DNA of 64,000 nt from the human T2T-CHM13v2.0 reference genome, Homo sapiens, in assembly GCF_009914755.1 (NCBI RefSeq), contig NC_060926.1. The stretch is one strand, 5' to 3'. This document shows, piece by piece, positions 12,211 through 25,690 of this stretch. Under the pieces are notes generated by a model. The model was not told where the DNA came from, searched no databases, and saw only the letters and a program-made list of their open reading frames with translations. Every line of letters starts with the position of its first letter. The stretch's first letter is position 1. Position numbers and translations under genes: made by a program.

Positions 12211-14770
12211 TTTAATTTGTTAGATTGTAGAGTAGAAATCCAACCTCCATCTACTGACACAGAAATAGCGCTCAACCCCCTTTCCTGTGCATTTTAGTTG
12301 GCCTAAAACAAACCTTTTCCTGCCAGCCGATGCTTACGTATCTTTAGTTATGAGAAATGTAAGCCTAAAGCTACATACAGTTGCCCAAAGGCTGAGGACT
12401 CAAGGAAAGCCAGAGAGGGACAGAGTTTATCTGGTTAGCCACACGAAAACCATGAATATCAGTTGGCAGCCTGAGTTCTCGCCTTGGTATTCTTATCTAG
12501 TACAGGATGACCAGCTGGGTGAGCTAATTAGCCCTGGAGTCTCGCTTATCTTCTAAGTCAGCCAGCTCCCCACCCCACACACCATCAATTCACAGCTGTA
12601 AAAAATGATGTAGCAGAAAAGAAAATACTTCACAAAAAATGTGCTTTGTAGATTTTAATAAGGGTTACACACAGCCTGTGAAGGAGAATTAGGCAGAAAA
12701 CACAGGAGCGGTGTGTGTCCTGCGATTAATGTGGTTTTTGTTGTTTGTGTTTTTGTTGTTGACACACAGATCAGGAGAGAATTGTGTCCAGAGAATGATG
12801 AATGTAAAGGCCAAACGTTTTCTGCATTTTGATCATATTCTCTTATGCATTCTTTTCAAAAATACACTAGAGGTTATGCTTAGAAGATATCTTTAGATGC
12901 AACAATTTATATATCTCTTAGAATATTCCCAGAGATTGCTTTTAAATGTTCTGCCCTTATTTCAGATGCCCTTAGAAAATAAATGACAGTGGTATAGAGT
13001 TAGGAGGAACCATGGAGTTCGTCTGACCTGAGCCTCTTCCCTCTACATTTTCGTAAAAGTGGTGACGCAAGTAAAAAACAATAAATTACAATATAAAATT
13101 CTTTCCTTTGAAAATTGAATAGAAAACTGCAGATATGTAAATAGTGCACATTTGCTCTAATGCAAAACTTGCCAACATGTAATTCATATTATAGCCTGAT
13201 TGTAAGTTGTGCAGTTAGATGCCTCTTGAAAAGCTGAGTTTAAAAAATAAAAGCAAAACAAGCCATTACATATGGCAAATGGCTTTCTCTATTAATTTCT
13301 CTTTTAATCCGTTAAGTAAAGCAAATTCTAAAACAATTTCTATTAGGCACATATTTGATAATTAACTTGAAGTTAAAAATGAAAGAATATAAATTAAATT
13401 ATATTAAGCACCTCATGCAGTAGATTCTGTGCTATATGGTTTTATTTATACTACCTCATTGTATATAAAAGTCTCATGTAAATACTAAGGAGGATGGGTT
13501 TCTTTCCATAATATTTAACTTTTGTCTACATATTTTATAATTCACATTAATTAGTTAAAGTGAGGTTTTCCAATCTCAATTTGCCTGATATGGAAACTAA
13601 TGAAAGCTTTTATATATTTTATTTTAGATATTTTAAAAAATTATATTGACTTTGCAATTCAACTTGCAGAGACTACTTCATAAGGAAATGAGGTAGAAAA
13701 AGACAAGAACAAAAAATTCCACTTTCCTCTTTTAAAAACTATCATTCTTTAGGCTATAGGTTATTCTATAAAAAATCTGTACCAATTAAGTATGCACTAT
13801 TGTCATCCATATAATTTGTACTGATTATACAAAAATGAAACTTTGTATGTACAATATTAAGTACTTGATGCATTTCAGGCTTGAAAACAGCAATGAGATA
13901 CACTGTCAGACATGAAATAGGAATTAAATGAAGAACAAACACAAACCAGAGATTACGTTTAAATATTCTCACATCTTATGAATCAGTGAAAGTCACTGTA
14001 TATACTGAACAGAGCTGTGTTATTATAATGTAATATAAATACAAACACTTCCCAAACACTTCTATGTGCCAGTTGCTATGTTACATGCCAAGGATGCAAA
14101 TTTAATTAATGTAAACCTGATTACTATGCTTTGAGAATTTGTAGCTTGGTGGAAAAGAGTTAAGGATTTGGACAAAGATGTCCTTAAAATAACTATTATA
14201 ATGGAGGTAAGTACACTTGCAAGATGGTGCACCTGGACTTCTCACTGTGGATGTAGCACTTCAAGTGAGACCCAGGGGGCCTGGTACTACCACGATCAGC
14301 CACAAGCAGTGTTCTTTCTTTGTTTCATTTAGGAAGGCTTCTTGCTTAGGGAGAATGCATGAAGACACCATTGTAAGAAAATAAAGATCGTATTTCATGT
14401 AGTGTGACTTTACTGAGTGGGCGTGGCCTTCCCTGTTTTTTTCTTGCCAGGTTGAGCCTTCCTGGATACTTGAAGGGCCTCTACCTGTTCTCCTGTCTGA
14501 CTTCTGTCTCTGCAGAGCCCATTCCTGGCTACTCACTCAAATGTTGCTTCTCACTAAGGCCAGACCTGGACCTTCCCTGGGTCCTGAATCAACTCTCTGC
14601 AGTGTCTCCTGGGAAGAGAGGTTCTCTGGATACCTAACTTTATCTCACTTCAGCTGGGACCATATGCCAACCACTTCCTTAACTCAACAGTTTAGACTGA
14701 CATTCACTGCTGGCCTCTAATTCAATAGCATGCACAGTTCCAAAATCAATGAGTCAAATATACCTGTCTT

Positions 14771-14843
14771 AAAAAAATAAATAAATAAATAAATAAAAGA
14801 AAGAAAAGAAAAAGAAAAAAGAAAAAAAAAAAAAAGAAAAGAA
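14771..14843 (+). repeat. A-rich tract (AAAT)n/(GAAAA)n, orphan poly(A)-like tail
   Basis: ~73 nt nearly pure A-rich run preceded by 'cctgtctt'. Confidence 0.85.
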
Positions 14844-14856
14844 TTTTGCGTATCAG

Positions 14857-15279
14857 GATCAAAGTATATTCAAATGAAGACCAGGCTTGAAGAATCCTTG
14901 AACAGACAAAACCAGTATGGCATCATAAATAATTTCAACCTTGCTTGATTTGTAAACATAAGCAAAACTTAACTTGAGCTATTTCTTGTAAATACCTACA
15001 TTAAAAGAAAAAAACAGAACTCAAGCTCAACCAATCAGAAGTAGCAAACAAACCTATAATTATGTAACTAGGGACTTTTCCCAATGGGATATACCAATTA
15101 AGGCCACTGTATATCTGTAACCAATCAAACATTTTCTTTGCTTTATTTCCATGTACATCCTATAAACGCCTCCCCCTCGGTGGAGCTCTTGAGCCACTTC
15201 TGGTTTGGAGCTGCCTGATTCATGAATATTTGTGTGTTCAAATAAACTCGTTAAAATTTTATTGTGCCTCAGTTTAACA
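14857..15279 (+). mobile_element. Solo LTR (LTR47-like)
   Basis: 'aaagtatattcaaatgaagaccaggcttgaagaatccttgaacagacaaaaccag'; several CCAAT boxes, TATAAA at 15161, AATAAA at 15241, ends '...tttaaca'. Confidence 0.7.
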
Positions 15280-15877
15280 TTAGCTTAACCTACATCCTGT
15301 GCATAGAAAAGGGCTATACAGAGAGACCCTTTCTTCCTTGGACAACAGGGAAAAAAAAAAAAAAAAAAGAAAAAAACATTAAAGAGACCCTTCCTTTTAC
15401 CCATGAAAGTTTTAGAGGAAGACACTTCCTGTGATTCAATGCTGTAGGTATGCAGAGATATTTGAAACTGATAAAGCCAGGAAGTTGCTGATGGGAAGTC
15501 AGATTTCTTTATGGATGTAAATGTCTTCCTGAGAGAACTCTGACTAGAAGACACTTGTTCATCTCCAATTTGTGAGATACACTGGGGAAAACCAACAGTC
15601 TTTCCATTAGGCATGCAGTGGGAAAAAACAAGGGATAAAGTCAACGACAAAGCAAGGTTTTTTAGGTGGATGTGGCATTTTAGAAATTGCCTATAGTAAG
15701 TAGAAAGCAACAGATGATGTAATTTAAATTTATTCTCAAACTGAAAGCAGGAAAGGTAACATAAAGGATTGTCAGATTAATGTTCTTTACATACCTTGTT
15801 TATTTTAATCCCTGCTATATTCTTAGGTAATATTAATGCACTTTATAAGATTAAAAAAAACTGAGGTTAAGGAAAAG

Positions 15878-15952
15878 TGTGTGTGTGTGTATGTGTGTGT
15901 GTGTCTGGTGCATGTGTGTCTGGTGTGTGTGTGGTGTTTGTGCATGTGTGTA
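15878..15952. repeat. (TG)n compound microsatellite
   Basis: Interrupted TG run. Confidence 0.9.
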
Positions 15953-15973
15953 TACAGGCTCACATGGCTGATA

Positions 15974-16167
15974 TGCTGGGGGACAGTGTTTAACTGTAGG
16001 TCTGTCCAAGCCACTCAGGGTAAAATAAATTACACCAAAGGCTGCAGCCACACTGAAAAGTTTGGCGCACTTTTCAGCATGATGTGACGCACCTTTTAGC
16101 ACCCTCTTTTTTATCTATTTAGACACATGATACCTAATAAAGACATTAAAATAACATTTTAACTTCA
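15974..16167 (+). repeat. Local direct duplication, copy 1 (probable donor)
   Basis: Matches 17637-17820 with 6 substitutions and one 10-nt indel. Confidence 0.95.
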
Positions 16168-16680
16168 CCTAAACTTATACAATATTTGATAGCAGCATTT
16201 TTTTGAAATAGGCAATATGCTTTAAAATGATAGATGATGTATGCCATTTTTCATCCTCCTTGGGAAGAATACTGCTCCCAGGAAAAGTGTATTTGTGCTC
16301 TATTCTCAATCCTGCTTTCTCTTGGGCTCCCTCTCACTTCGGTCCTTCTCAAAGATATGGGTTTCATTTTACACTCAGAAAAAACTTTATGATTCTACAT
16401 TTCCCCACTCTCTTGCCTCCTCTCGTCAGAGCCACCATCCATTGTGTTTCAAAGTAGTATCTGGCAGAAATTGTATTTCCCCTTATCCTGCTGAGGATCA
16501 GCACCCACCAGTATCATCCCATTTCTTTGATTTTCTTTCCTTGTCATATCCTCATTAATGGATAACAAAAACAAATTAGCTAAATGCATTATCTGGTAAG
16601 AAAGATGCAGTGTTACTGGAAAGATAACCAATTGTACACTAGATCGAAACATTGCTTTCATCAATTTTTTGAAAGTTCTT

Positions 16681-17014
<334 letters not shown>

Positions 17015-17129
17015 TCACTTGCCTCTACCTCTCTTAAACATAGACACTTATGTCCAAAAGCAACTTCGTTTGGCTATTCAAAAACAACTTTAAGTCACAA
17101 TTCCGAAAGGAAACTCAACTGACCCAGCA

Positions 17130-17950
17130 AAAGAACTCCTTTTCCAACTAGTTAGTGGCTCCATCAACTGCCCAGTCACTCAAATTAGAAACCTCCAGCC
17201 TTGTTGATTCTTCCCTAACTGCCCTCCTCTGTCCAATGTATCCCTTAGTTTATTGTAATTTTCCAGAAAAGTAATTTACAAATATTGTCTTACCGCTCAA
17301 TTTTCGTCTTCATATTAGCTCAGGTCTTCTTCATTTTTAAACTAATCTGATCAACAGCCAGCAACTATGTCTATAGCTTCCAATCTCACACCCTTCTTCT
17401 CCTGGAGTTGCTGTTTAAAATATAAAATTGAACACACATCTTTTCTACTAAAAATTTGGTTGACTCTCATTGCTGATAGTGTAAGGTTTAAAATCCTCAA
17501 CAGAGCACACAGACTCTTATACTCTCTACTCAACTTGCACATGTTACTCCAGGCACTCTCTCCTCTAAGTATCCTATTCTTCAGCCAGCCACGCTGAACA
17601 GCTTCTTTTCCTGACAATGAATAGCATTTATTCACTTGCTGGGGGACAGTGTTTAACTGTAGGTCTGTCCAAGCCCCTCAGGGTAAAATAAATTACACCA
17701 AAGGCTGCAGCCACCCTGAAAAGTTTGGAGCATGATGTGACGCGCCTTTCAGCACCCTCTTTTTTATCTATTTAGACACATGATATCTAATAAAGACACT
17801 AAAATAACATTTTAACTTCATATAATCTTATGCATTTATTCTTATATATAATCTTCACATAATCTTATAGCATTTATTCACTTGTCAGGAAAGAGACCTA
17901 GCTGAGTTCTAGACACAGAGACACTCAATCAATGTTTATTAATGTAAATG
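17130..17950 (+). mobile_element. L2 3' region, interrupted by the duplicated segment
   Basis: L2-like 'ccatcaactgcccagtcactcaaattagaaacct', 'ctcattgctgatagtgtaaggtttaaaatcctcaacagagc', 'cagccacgctgaac'; terminal 'cctagctgagttctagacacagagacactcaatcaatgtttattaa'. Confidence 0.6.
17637..17820 (+). repeat. Local direct duplication, copy 2 (inserted copy)
   Basis: Copy of 15974-16167, flanked by the direct repeat atagcatttattcacttg (17621-17638 and 17867-17884). Confidence 0.95.
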
Positions 17951-18329
17951 GTATATTTGAATTCTCCACCTCTCCAGCTGGACTTGGCTTTTCTTTCTCA
18001 AATTTGTATGTTTATCTGTGCCTCTCTCACAAGTGACTCTCAAGATTGGAGAGAGAAAAAGGTTCTCTGTGCATCTTTTGAAAGAGTTGGCCATTGATTC
18101 CTGAAGCAGGTGGTGCATGGTTCTCACGAATGCAGAAGACTAAGATGGTAGAATCATCAGAAAAGGAGATATGAAGAAGACAGATGTGATGTCCAAAGCA
18201 CTCTGTGGGACATAGAAAATCAGACCATTCTGCTCCAAGTGCTAAGGGTCACTCTGACGGCACTAATGAACCCCACAGGGCTCATGAACTCAGTCACACA
18301 TGCTTAGTGGTAGGATGGAACCACTTTAT

Positions 18330-18540
18330 GCTTTAGAGTCAGTAAAAGCTGAATATAAAGTCTGGAATCACCACTTAATTTACGGTAAGTCCTTGGGAAA
18401 ATCTTCTTCAGCCTTTCTCATCCTGATTTCTGAAAGAAAAATGGGGATTGCGGTTTTCACCCTGGATGGCAATGAGGGTTAGCAGATAATGCTTAGTGCA
18501 GGGTCCAGCACATGACAATAGATATAGGAAAGTGTTATTT
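18330..18540 (+). mobile_element. MIR
   Basis: 'ctttagagtcag...ccacttaatt..taagtccttgggaaaat..ctttctcatc...aaaatggggatt...gagggtta...cagcacatga'. Confidence 0.55.
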
Positions 18541-19649
18541 TTAGTCTTTCATCAAATGTTACCAGAAGCATTATATTTCGAGGTCTAATTATGCTATTGA
18601 TACCAATAACCATTTTAATTATTAGGATTTTTTGGAGACCCACATAATAAGATACAAATTAGGTCCAGTGGAATAGATCTAAAAATACTTGTATTTAGAC
18701 TTATGATAATAAGTTTTTCTCGTGTGCCTGAAAATTAACTGTAAAATGTTACCACAAATTGAATAATAATTAATAATTTAAAAATACTTAATTATTCTTT
18801 TAATCAATGAAAAAACATGGGATTTAGAGTTATAAAAATCTACTAAAATTCAAATATTAATTATACCCCTTAAAATATGTATTTAGTCAAATAAATTTCT
18901 CTAAAGACTGGGATAAGAACTTTTTATTATTGAATAACTATGAATACCAAAAATTGCTGGGAACTTGGTAAATTAGTGTTGTCCCTCCTTTCTTCCATTC
19001 TGAATTTTATTTCTCCTTAAACAATTGTCCATAGGATTTTTCTGGAGGAAGAATTAAAAAGCACTTTGTAGAAACAATAGTTTATTCTGGGAAATGATAA
19101 CATTTAGTAAATATCAAAAAGTTCCAATAGGGAAGTCATTAAAAAAATAATTTTCTCAAGGTTTCAGTATTTTCTTGTTATTTTGGAAAAATGTACAAAA
19201 GCATGTTGATTTCTCTGTGCCTTTTCCATTGTGTGCAGGTTTTAAAAACGTGTTTGGTTATAAACATTTCCCAGTTGGCACCCTGGGAGGCGTCTCGCTT
19301 GTTTGAGCACATTGAACAATGAGCATTTCATGGAGCTGCATGAATATTGCTGTAATCAATAGGATGTCTGAACATCCTAACATAAACTCAATTTCATAAC
19401 AAAATAAAACAGCAACAACAATCATAAAACAGAAATAAATAAAACAAAATAAAAGCTATTCAGCAGGTATATATATATATAACTTCCCATGAGTTATTTT
19501 TCTCCTCTGTAAAGTGGCAACAGTAGCTATGTCATATGGCTATTCCAGGACTAAGTTTAAAAGTGCTTAACCCAGCACGTGACACCAAGTAAGTATGTAA
19601 TACATGTTAGCTAAACCACAAAGCTGAGAGATACCACGTCACTGAGTGA

Positions 19650-20072
<423 letters not shown>

Positions 20073-22229
20073 TGATAGGCTGATGATGATGGCAGGGGGA
20101 GGAGTTTAGGTTCAAAATGAGAACAGGAAAGAGGTGGTATGGGGAGAGAGAGGTCACGTTTATTTCATAGTTTGTAAACACATAATATAGATATGTGTAA
20201 TCTGTATATAACATATGTAGATGTCATGATGCACATGTTCAACTTTTTAGAGTTTGCTGCAAGCTCTTTCACACTCTGTTTGTTAAATAGAAAGCATTGA
20301 AATGATTTTTTTTTTTTTTTTTTTTTTTGCTAGATAAACAAATTGAGCGTTCTGAGCTGAGGGAGGTAAACCCAGTAACAGAGAGATCTTGAATTTAAGT
20401 CCAAGTCTTACGCTGCTAAGTCAAATTTTCTTTTACTCTTTACCATGGCCACTTTCATATAAATGATTGTGTATTAATATGTGTATATTTATATATGTAT
20501 AAATATAAATTTATTTTATATACTTGTGTGTTTTTATATTTTATATACTTGTGTGTAATTTTATATAATTGTACTTTAGTCTATGATAAATACATAATAT
20601 TATTTTATAACCATATAAATATATTTGTATAAAAAGATAAATTTTGATGAGTATAAGTTTTATATCAAATAAGCTACAACTTGCCAAATTTAATTCAAGT
20701 CACATAAAATGTAACGTAATCAATAAGAGCATATTAACCAATATGATATAGCAGGAAAAACAAACATTTCTTTACATTTGATAGGGTGGATGAGCTTTCT
20801 ACTATAGTTTTATGGCATCTGCATGCATTTTAGATAATGGAATCACATATTTTCTAAAAGTAAGTTTTAACTCTGGGGTTCTTTCTTGCATGCATTATGC
20901 TATATTAGCAAGTGACTTAAAGCATGTTAACATGCAAAATCATGTCTTTGCAGTTAGCTACAAAACCCCCCTTCTATTAAAACTTCTGAAGCAACATTAA
21001 TTATATCTTTGATTTTGAGTCCTTCATTTGCAATTTCAAAGAACAGAAATCTTATTTGTCTACATATTCTAAAAGGCTGCTCCATACATCATTGGGTGGA
21101 GGAAGCAGGTCCTGCACGAGTGAGGTGCAAGCATGCTCTCTTGCTCTAGTTCCTCCAGTCGAGGAATGGCAACAGGGTCAAATGACTATGACATCATGGA
21201 TATGAATCTCTCCACCAATCATGAGCATAATTCCAAGTCACCCTTTTCACAGACTTACATTTTTGCATGAATTCTCTCTCATTTATTGAACCATGCTAGG
21301 AAATGAAACGATTATGGTATTAAAGACAGAGTGATACATTCACAATCCAGGTCATATTTCAATCTAATTTAAACCTCAGCTGAAGGCTTCTTAAGTAGAC
21401 ATGGCCATTAAAAGGAATATCTTTCCCAAATGGAAAGTAAAATAAATCTGATTTTATAGGAGGTACAGATATGGGTTGAAAAATTAATCCCTGGTCCTTT
21501 TTTTCCAACCTGGAAAGATTTAGGTGAATGAAAATGTACTAGGCTTTAGACAAACCTTTGTTTCAAGTAAAATGAACATTTTCTCTAAGTCCTGTATTGT
21601 TTTACTTATCTATTCTTTTGTACATTGGACTTGAAAAGTCCTTGCCCAGAGCTGGTGTGAGAGCTCACGTGTTCATAGCTGGAGACTTGATGGTATTCTA
21701 AAAAAGGCAACGCTGTAGACGGTATTAATCCATAGTGGCGACTTCCTACCCATCACACACGTGATTGTATTTCACATAATTTGAACCTGGTGACCATGCC
21801 CACCTGTGTGAAGTGCTAAGCACAGGTCACAGTCAGAGGGGGGTTCTCCTCTGGAAATCCACAGCACCAAGGACCAGGGGAAAATAACACAAGGAATCTG
21901 ATGCAGGGGTGAGCACAGTGCAGGAATGGGGAATTAAAATAAATAAATAAAAGTCAGGTGTCGCTTAGATGCAGGAATAAAGAGCAAGCAAGACAAAGGT
22001 GAAAATGCAATGAGAAATCCTGGGTGGGAGCCAAGTGCTCCTGTGCAGGGGTGTGGCCAGTGAACAGAGAGCATCACCGTAGCATGGGGTGCTCGCCACA
22101 TGGGGACTGGTTGGACCCATTCCTCTGACTTGAGCTTCACCCACATGAAGACTGTGTCCACAAACTGATCCTAGCTTTACATGGTTCCCAATCCCTGGGA
22201 GAGGAGCAGTGCAAGAAGCAGGTAAAACA

Positions 22230-22400
22230 CAGGCTCGGAGCTGGACTGCTTGGGTTACCATCCCAGCTCTGCCACTTACTAGTTTTGGACAAGTGGCTTA
22301 CATTCTCTGTACCTCTATCTCTTCACCTATAGCATGGGAAACTAAGAATATTTACCTCAAAGTCTTATCAAAATAAACGACTTATTCCAAGTGTAGCATT
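22230..22400 (+). mobile_element. MIR
   Basis: 'ggagctggactgcttgggtt..atcccagctctgccacttactag..ttggacaagtggctta..ctctgtacctc'. Confidence 0.75.
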
Positions 22401-22646
22401 TATGATGATAAGTGTTTGAAAGGTGTTTCATTTTGGTGGTAGGTTGTTTCCATGAAACTTTTCTCCTGCATTTTTCAGTCACAAGTAATTGCTTTTGAGA
22501 GAAGAATGTTTTAGTCTTTGAAGTTTGGGTTCCAAATGTCTTTCTTAGCAGAGACTGTGTCTAAACTAATATTGTCACATAGATACACCAATTAAGGAAA
22601 ACACTTCACTTAAGTTAATTCAGCCCTGTTTTTCAAGGCAGAGGTA

Positions 22647-23235
22647 TGGCAGGTCCTCAAATAATGTCATTCTGTTCAATGTTGTTTTGTAATAAAGTTG
22701 ATGAGAATAAACATTGCCTCCGGTCAGGGCAACTCTCTGTGTGGGTTTTCTCCAGGTACTCAGTTTCCTCCCACATCCCAAAGTTGTGCGGTTAGGTTCA
22801 CTGGTGTGTCTCAGTGGCCTCCTTCTGCATGAATTGAGTGTGTGTATGAGGGCACTCTGTGATGGGATGGCGTCCTGTCCAGGGCTGGTTCCTGCCTTAG
22901 ACCCTGAGCCGCCCAGACAGGCTCCAGTTCACCCCTGAACTGGAATCACCAGATAAATATCTTACTTGTTTTTATTAGCCTTTCTTAAATGTATACATAA
23001 CTCTCATTTATTCCAATGTTCAATATTAGCAGTGTTTTAGGGTCTTTATTTTGAAGTTTGATGATGTTTTTGTGACCAGAAATATGCATACGAATTTAAG
23101 TCATGTTCATATCAATTAGCCTACAGTAATACTGACTTCCTTTACATTGTGCTTAAAACTTTTAAGCACCTTATACAAGGTGCTTAAAACCCCAGTTTCC
23201 AGGAACCTATTGATGACATAAGGAAGGACTCACTG
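22647..23235 (+). mobile_element. MER6A-like TcMar-Tigger MITE
   Basis: TA-flanked; 5' 'gcaggtcctcaaataatgtc..ttcaatgttg'; internal 'gtgggttttctccaggtactcagtttcctcccacatcccaaag'; 3' 'aggactcactg|ta'. Confidence 0.85.
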
Positions 23236-23389
23236 TATATGCAAACTCATATTCACCGTAATGAGCAATTATATAGGCTAAATTTTAACAAGCGGCATCT
23301 CATTTTAATAAGTAGAACCATACTTGATGGCGGGGCAGTTTTATTAGAGGAAAATTCAACACAGTATTCATGAGCATTGCTCATGCATC

Positions 23390-23565
23390 CAGTTCCTGAA
23401 TTCAGCACATTTTACTTATGTGGCCCTGGACACTTTTAAGCTCTGTGTGTCTCTGTTTTCTCATCATTAAATGAAAGTAATAATAGTACTTGCCTCACAA
23501 AGTTGTGAGGATCAAACAAGATGCTACATGAAGGAGTCCCTAGTACAAGTATTAGCTATTTTTAT
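23390..23565 (+). mobile_element. MIR
   Basis: 'ctctgtgtgtctctgttttctcatc..aaatgaaagtaataatagtacttgcctcacaaagttgtgaggatcaaa'. Confidence 0.7.
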
Positions 23566-24792
23566 TGTACCAATTTTGAAGTTTCTGATGCTAAGCAAAT
23601 TTAGCTGACTTGCCCCAAATTATATACATTTATTTGAAGTAGACATGAGAGAACTGATGAGTTTCAGCTGTGAACAATCATATCAATCACCAGAATGATT
23701 ATCGTATTTTCAAATCTCTTGAGACAGTTTTTATTTAGATTTTTATATTTGGAAGACACTTTGTTGAGATTGAATGATAACTATACTTGCAATATTGCCA
23801 GTGTCTGAAAAAAAAATCCACATAAGAGGAAGGCATCAGGTCCAGACCTGCCACAATAATTTCAGAACGTTGGAGACTATATTGGAGACAGAATTTCCAG
23901 GACTTAAGATTGTTTATTGAGAACCAAGTCAAGGCTCTGCAAAACAAGCAGTCTCCAGAACTGGAGGCAGCATGGTGGGACAGGAAAAGAAATAGACGTG
24001 AATTCAACTTGAGCATTTTCTATGCTTGAATTGGGCACCTTACACAGCATCCCTTTATCTTCCTGTCCACCAACAATAGGCGACAGTACCCTCTACTCAT
24101 CTTTATAGCCTTGTTTTGAAGAATAAAGTCATGATGAAAGCACTGTGTAGACCCTAGAGTAACACACACTGTAAAGAATGGAGAACCCAGGCGTGGAACT
24201 GAACCATAAGCTATGTCGAAGCATGGAGCACAGGGAAGGAACAGAATCTGAGAGTATCTCCACGCAGATCCAGGGTCCATTTCTGACCCCATGCACCTGA
24301 GTTAAGGCAGTGGTAAGACACTTACTATGTCATATTCAGGATTCTGGGGGAGAGTTAGCAAGAAGCCAGGGGAGACAAGAAAGACAAACAGCCCAACTGA
24401 GGAGGCCCTGTCTGGCCCCTTCATGAGGAGGACAATGGGGTGGCCTTTTGGCAGGGTCTTCAGGGGAAGTCACCAGACCTTAGTCAACAGGCAGTAGGGG
24501 AGTGATTGGAGGCTTGGAGGTTTGAAAGTTCATATAAAAATAGTGCTTGGAATAGCCAATCTGTAATAATATAACCATTCATGCCAGTCACAAAAACACT
24601 CAGTAAATGATAATTATTAGTACCATTAATACAAAACTATAATGTGGTAAAGCTCCCAGTGGAATGAACAGTGTGCTTTAACACAGAAAGGAGAGTGATA
24701 ATAATAGGTTTGTGGAAGGGGAACTGGGAAAACTTTATAAGAAGGATGACTTTTCATCAGAACCTTAAAATACATTTAGGGCTTCCTATATT

Positions 24793-24794
24793 AC

Positions 24795-24839
<45 letters not shown>

Positions 24840-24858
24840 CACACACATATATATATAT
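24793..24858. repeat. (TA)n(CA)n compound microsatellite
   Basis: Directly visible. Confidence 0.9.
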
Positions 24859-24958
24859 GGATTAAGAGGTTAAGTGTGCTTTAGACCAAAAAAGCCCATA
24901 AGGAAGAAAACATGCTTTGGCTTAAGATGTATTGTGTCCAAGGAGACAGCAATGTGTC

Positions 24959-25391
24959 TGTATTAGTCTGTTCTCAGATTGCTATAAGGAACTACCCGAG
25001 ACTGGGTAATTTATAACAAAAGGAGATTTAATTGACTCCAGTTTCACAGGCTGTATAGAAAGCATGGCTGGAAGGCTTCAGGAAACTTACAATCATGGCG
25101 GAAGGCCACGACTGGAAAGGGAAGCAAGCACATCTTTACATGGCAACAGGAGAGAGAGAAAGAATGAGGGAGAGAGAGGTAGCACGAAGGCATGAAGGGG
25201 GAAGTACTACACACTTTTAAACAACCAGATCTCATGAGAACTCTATCATGAGGCAGCACTAGGGGGATGGTGTTAAACCATTAGAAACCACCCCCATGAT
25301 CCAATCACCTCCCACCAGACCCCACCTCCAACACTGGGGGATTAAAATTCAACGTGAGATTTAGGTGGTGACACAGAGCCAAACCACATCA
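24959..25391 (-). mobile_element. MSTA-like MaLR solo LTR
   Basis: TG...CA termini; 'gagactgggtaatttata', 'ggaaacttacaatcatggcggaagg', 'cccccatgatccaatcacctcccacc'; perfect 5-bp TSD gtgtc. Confidence 0.92.
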
Positions 25392-25481
25392 GTGTCCAAG
25401 ATAAACTTTCCATTGAACTCCACATGAATGAATATTTGGCTGGAGGAAGAATTGGCAATAAATAGCATTAATTAATTAACT

Positions 25482-25690
25482 AATTTTTGTCAGCTTTATT
25501 GAGGTATGATTGACAAATAAAAATTTTATATACTTAAGATGTAAAACGTGTTTTGATATAAGTATACCTTGTGCAATGATTTTCAGAGTCAAACTAATTA
25601 ATATATTTGTCACCTCAGAGTTACCTTTATTTGGTAAGAAAAAGATCTGAAAAATTTGAGTATACAATACTTTAACTATGGTTACATGTC
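25482..25690 (-). mobile_element. L1MA/MB 3' end fragment
   Basis: 'cagctttattgaggtatgattgacaaataaaaatt..tatatact..aagat'. Confidence 0.7.

Noticed and set aside
12735-12810. Possible small exon (T/G-rich tract, cacag|ATCAGG...GAAT|gtaaag)
   Set aside because: Weak donor, no recognisable peptide and no partner exons; cannot be supported without transcript data.
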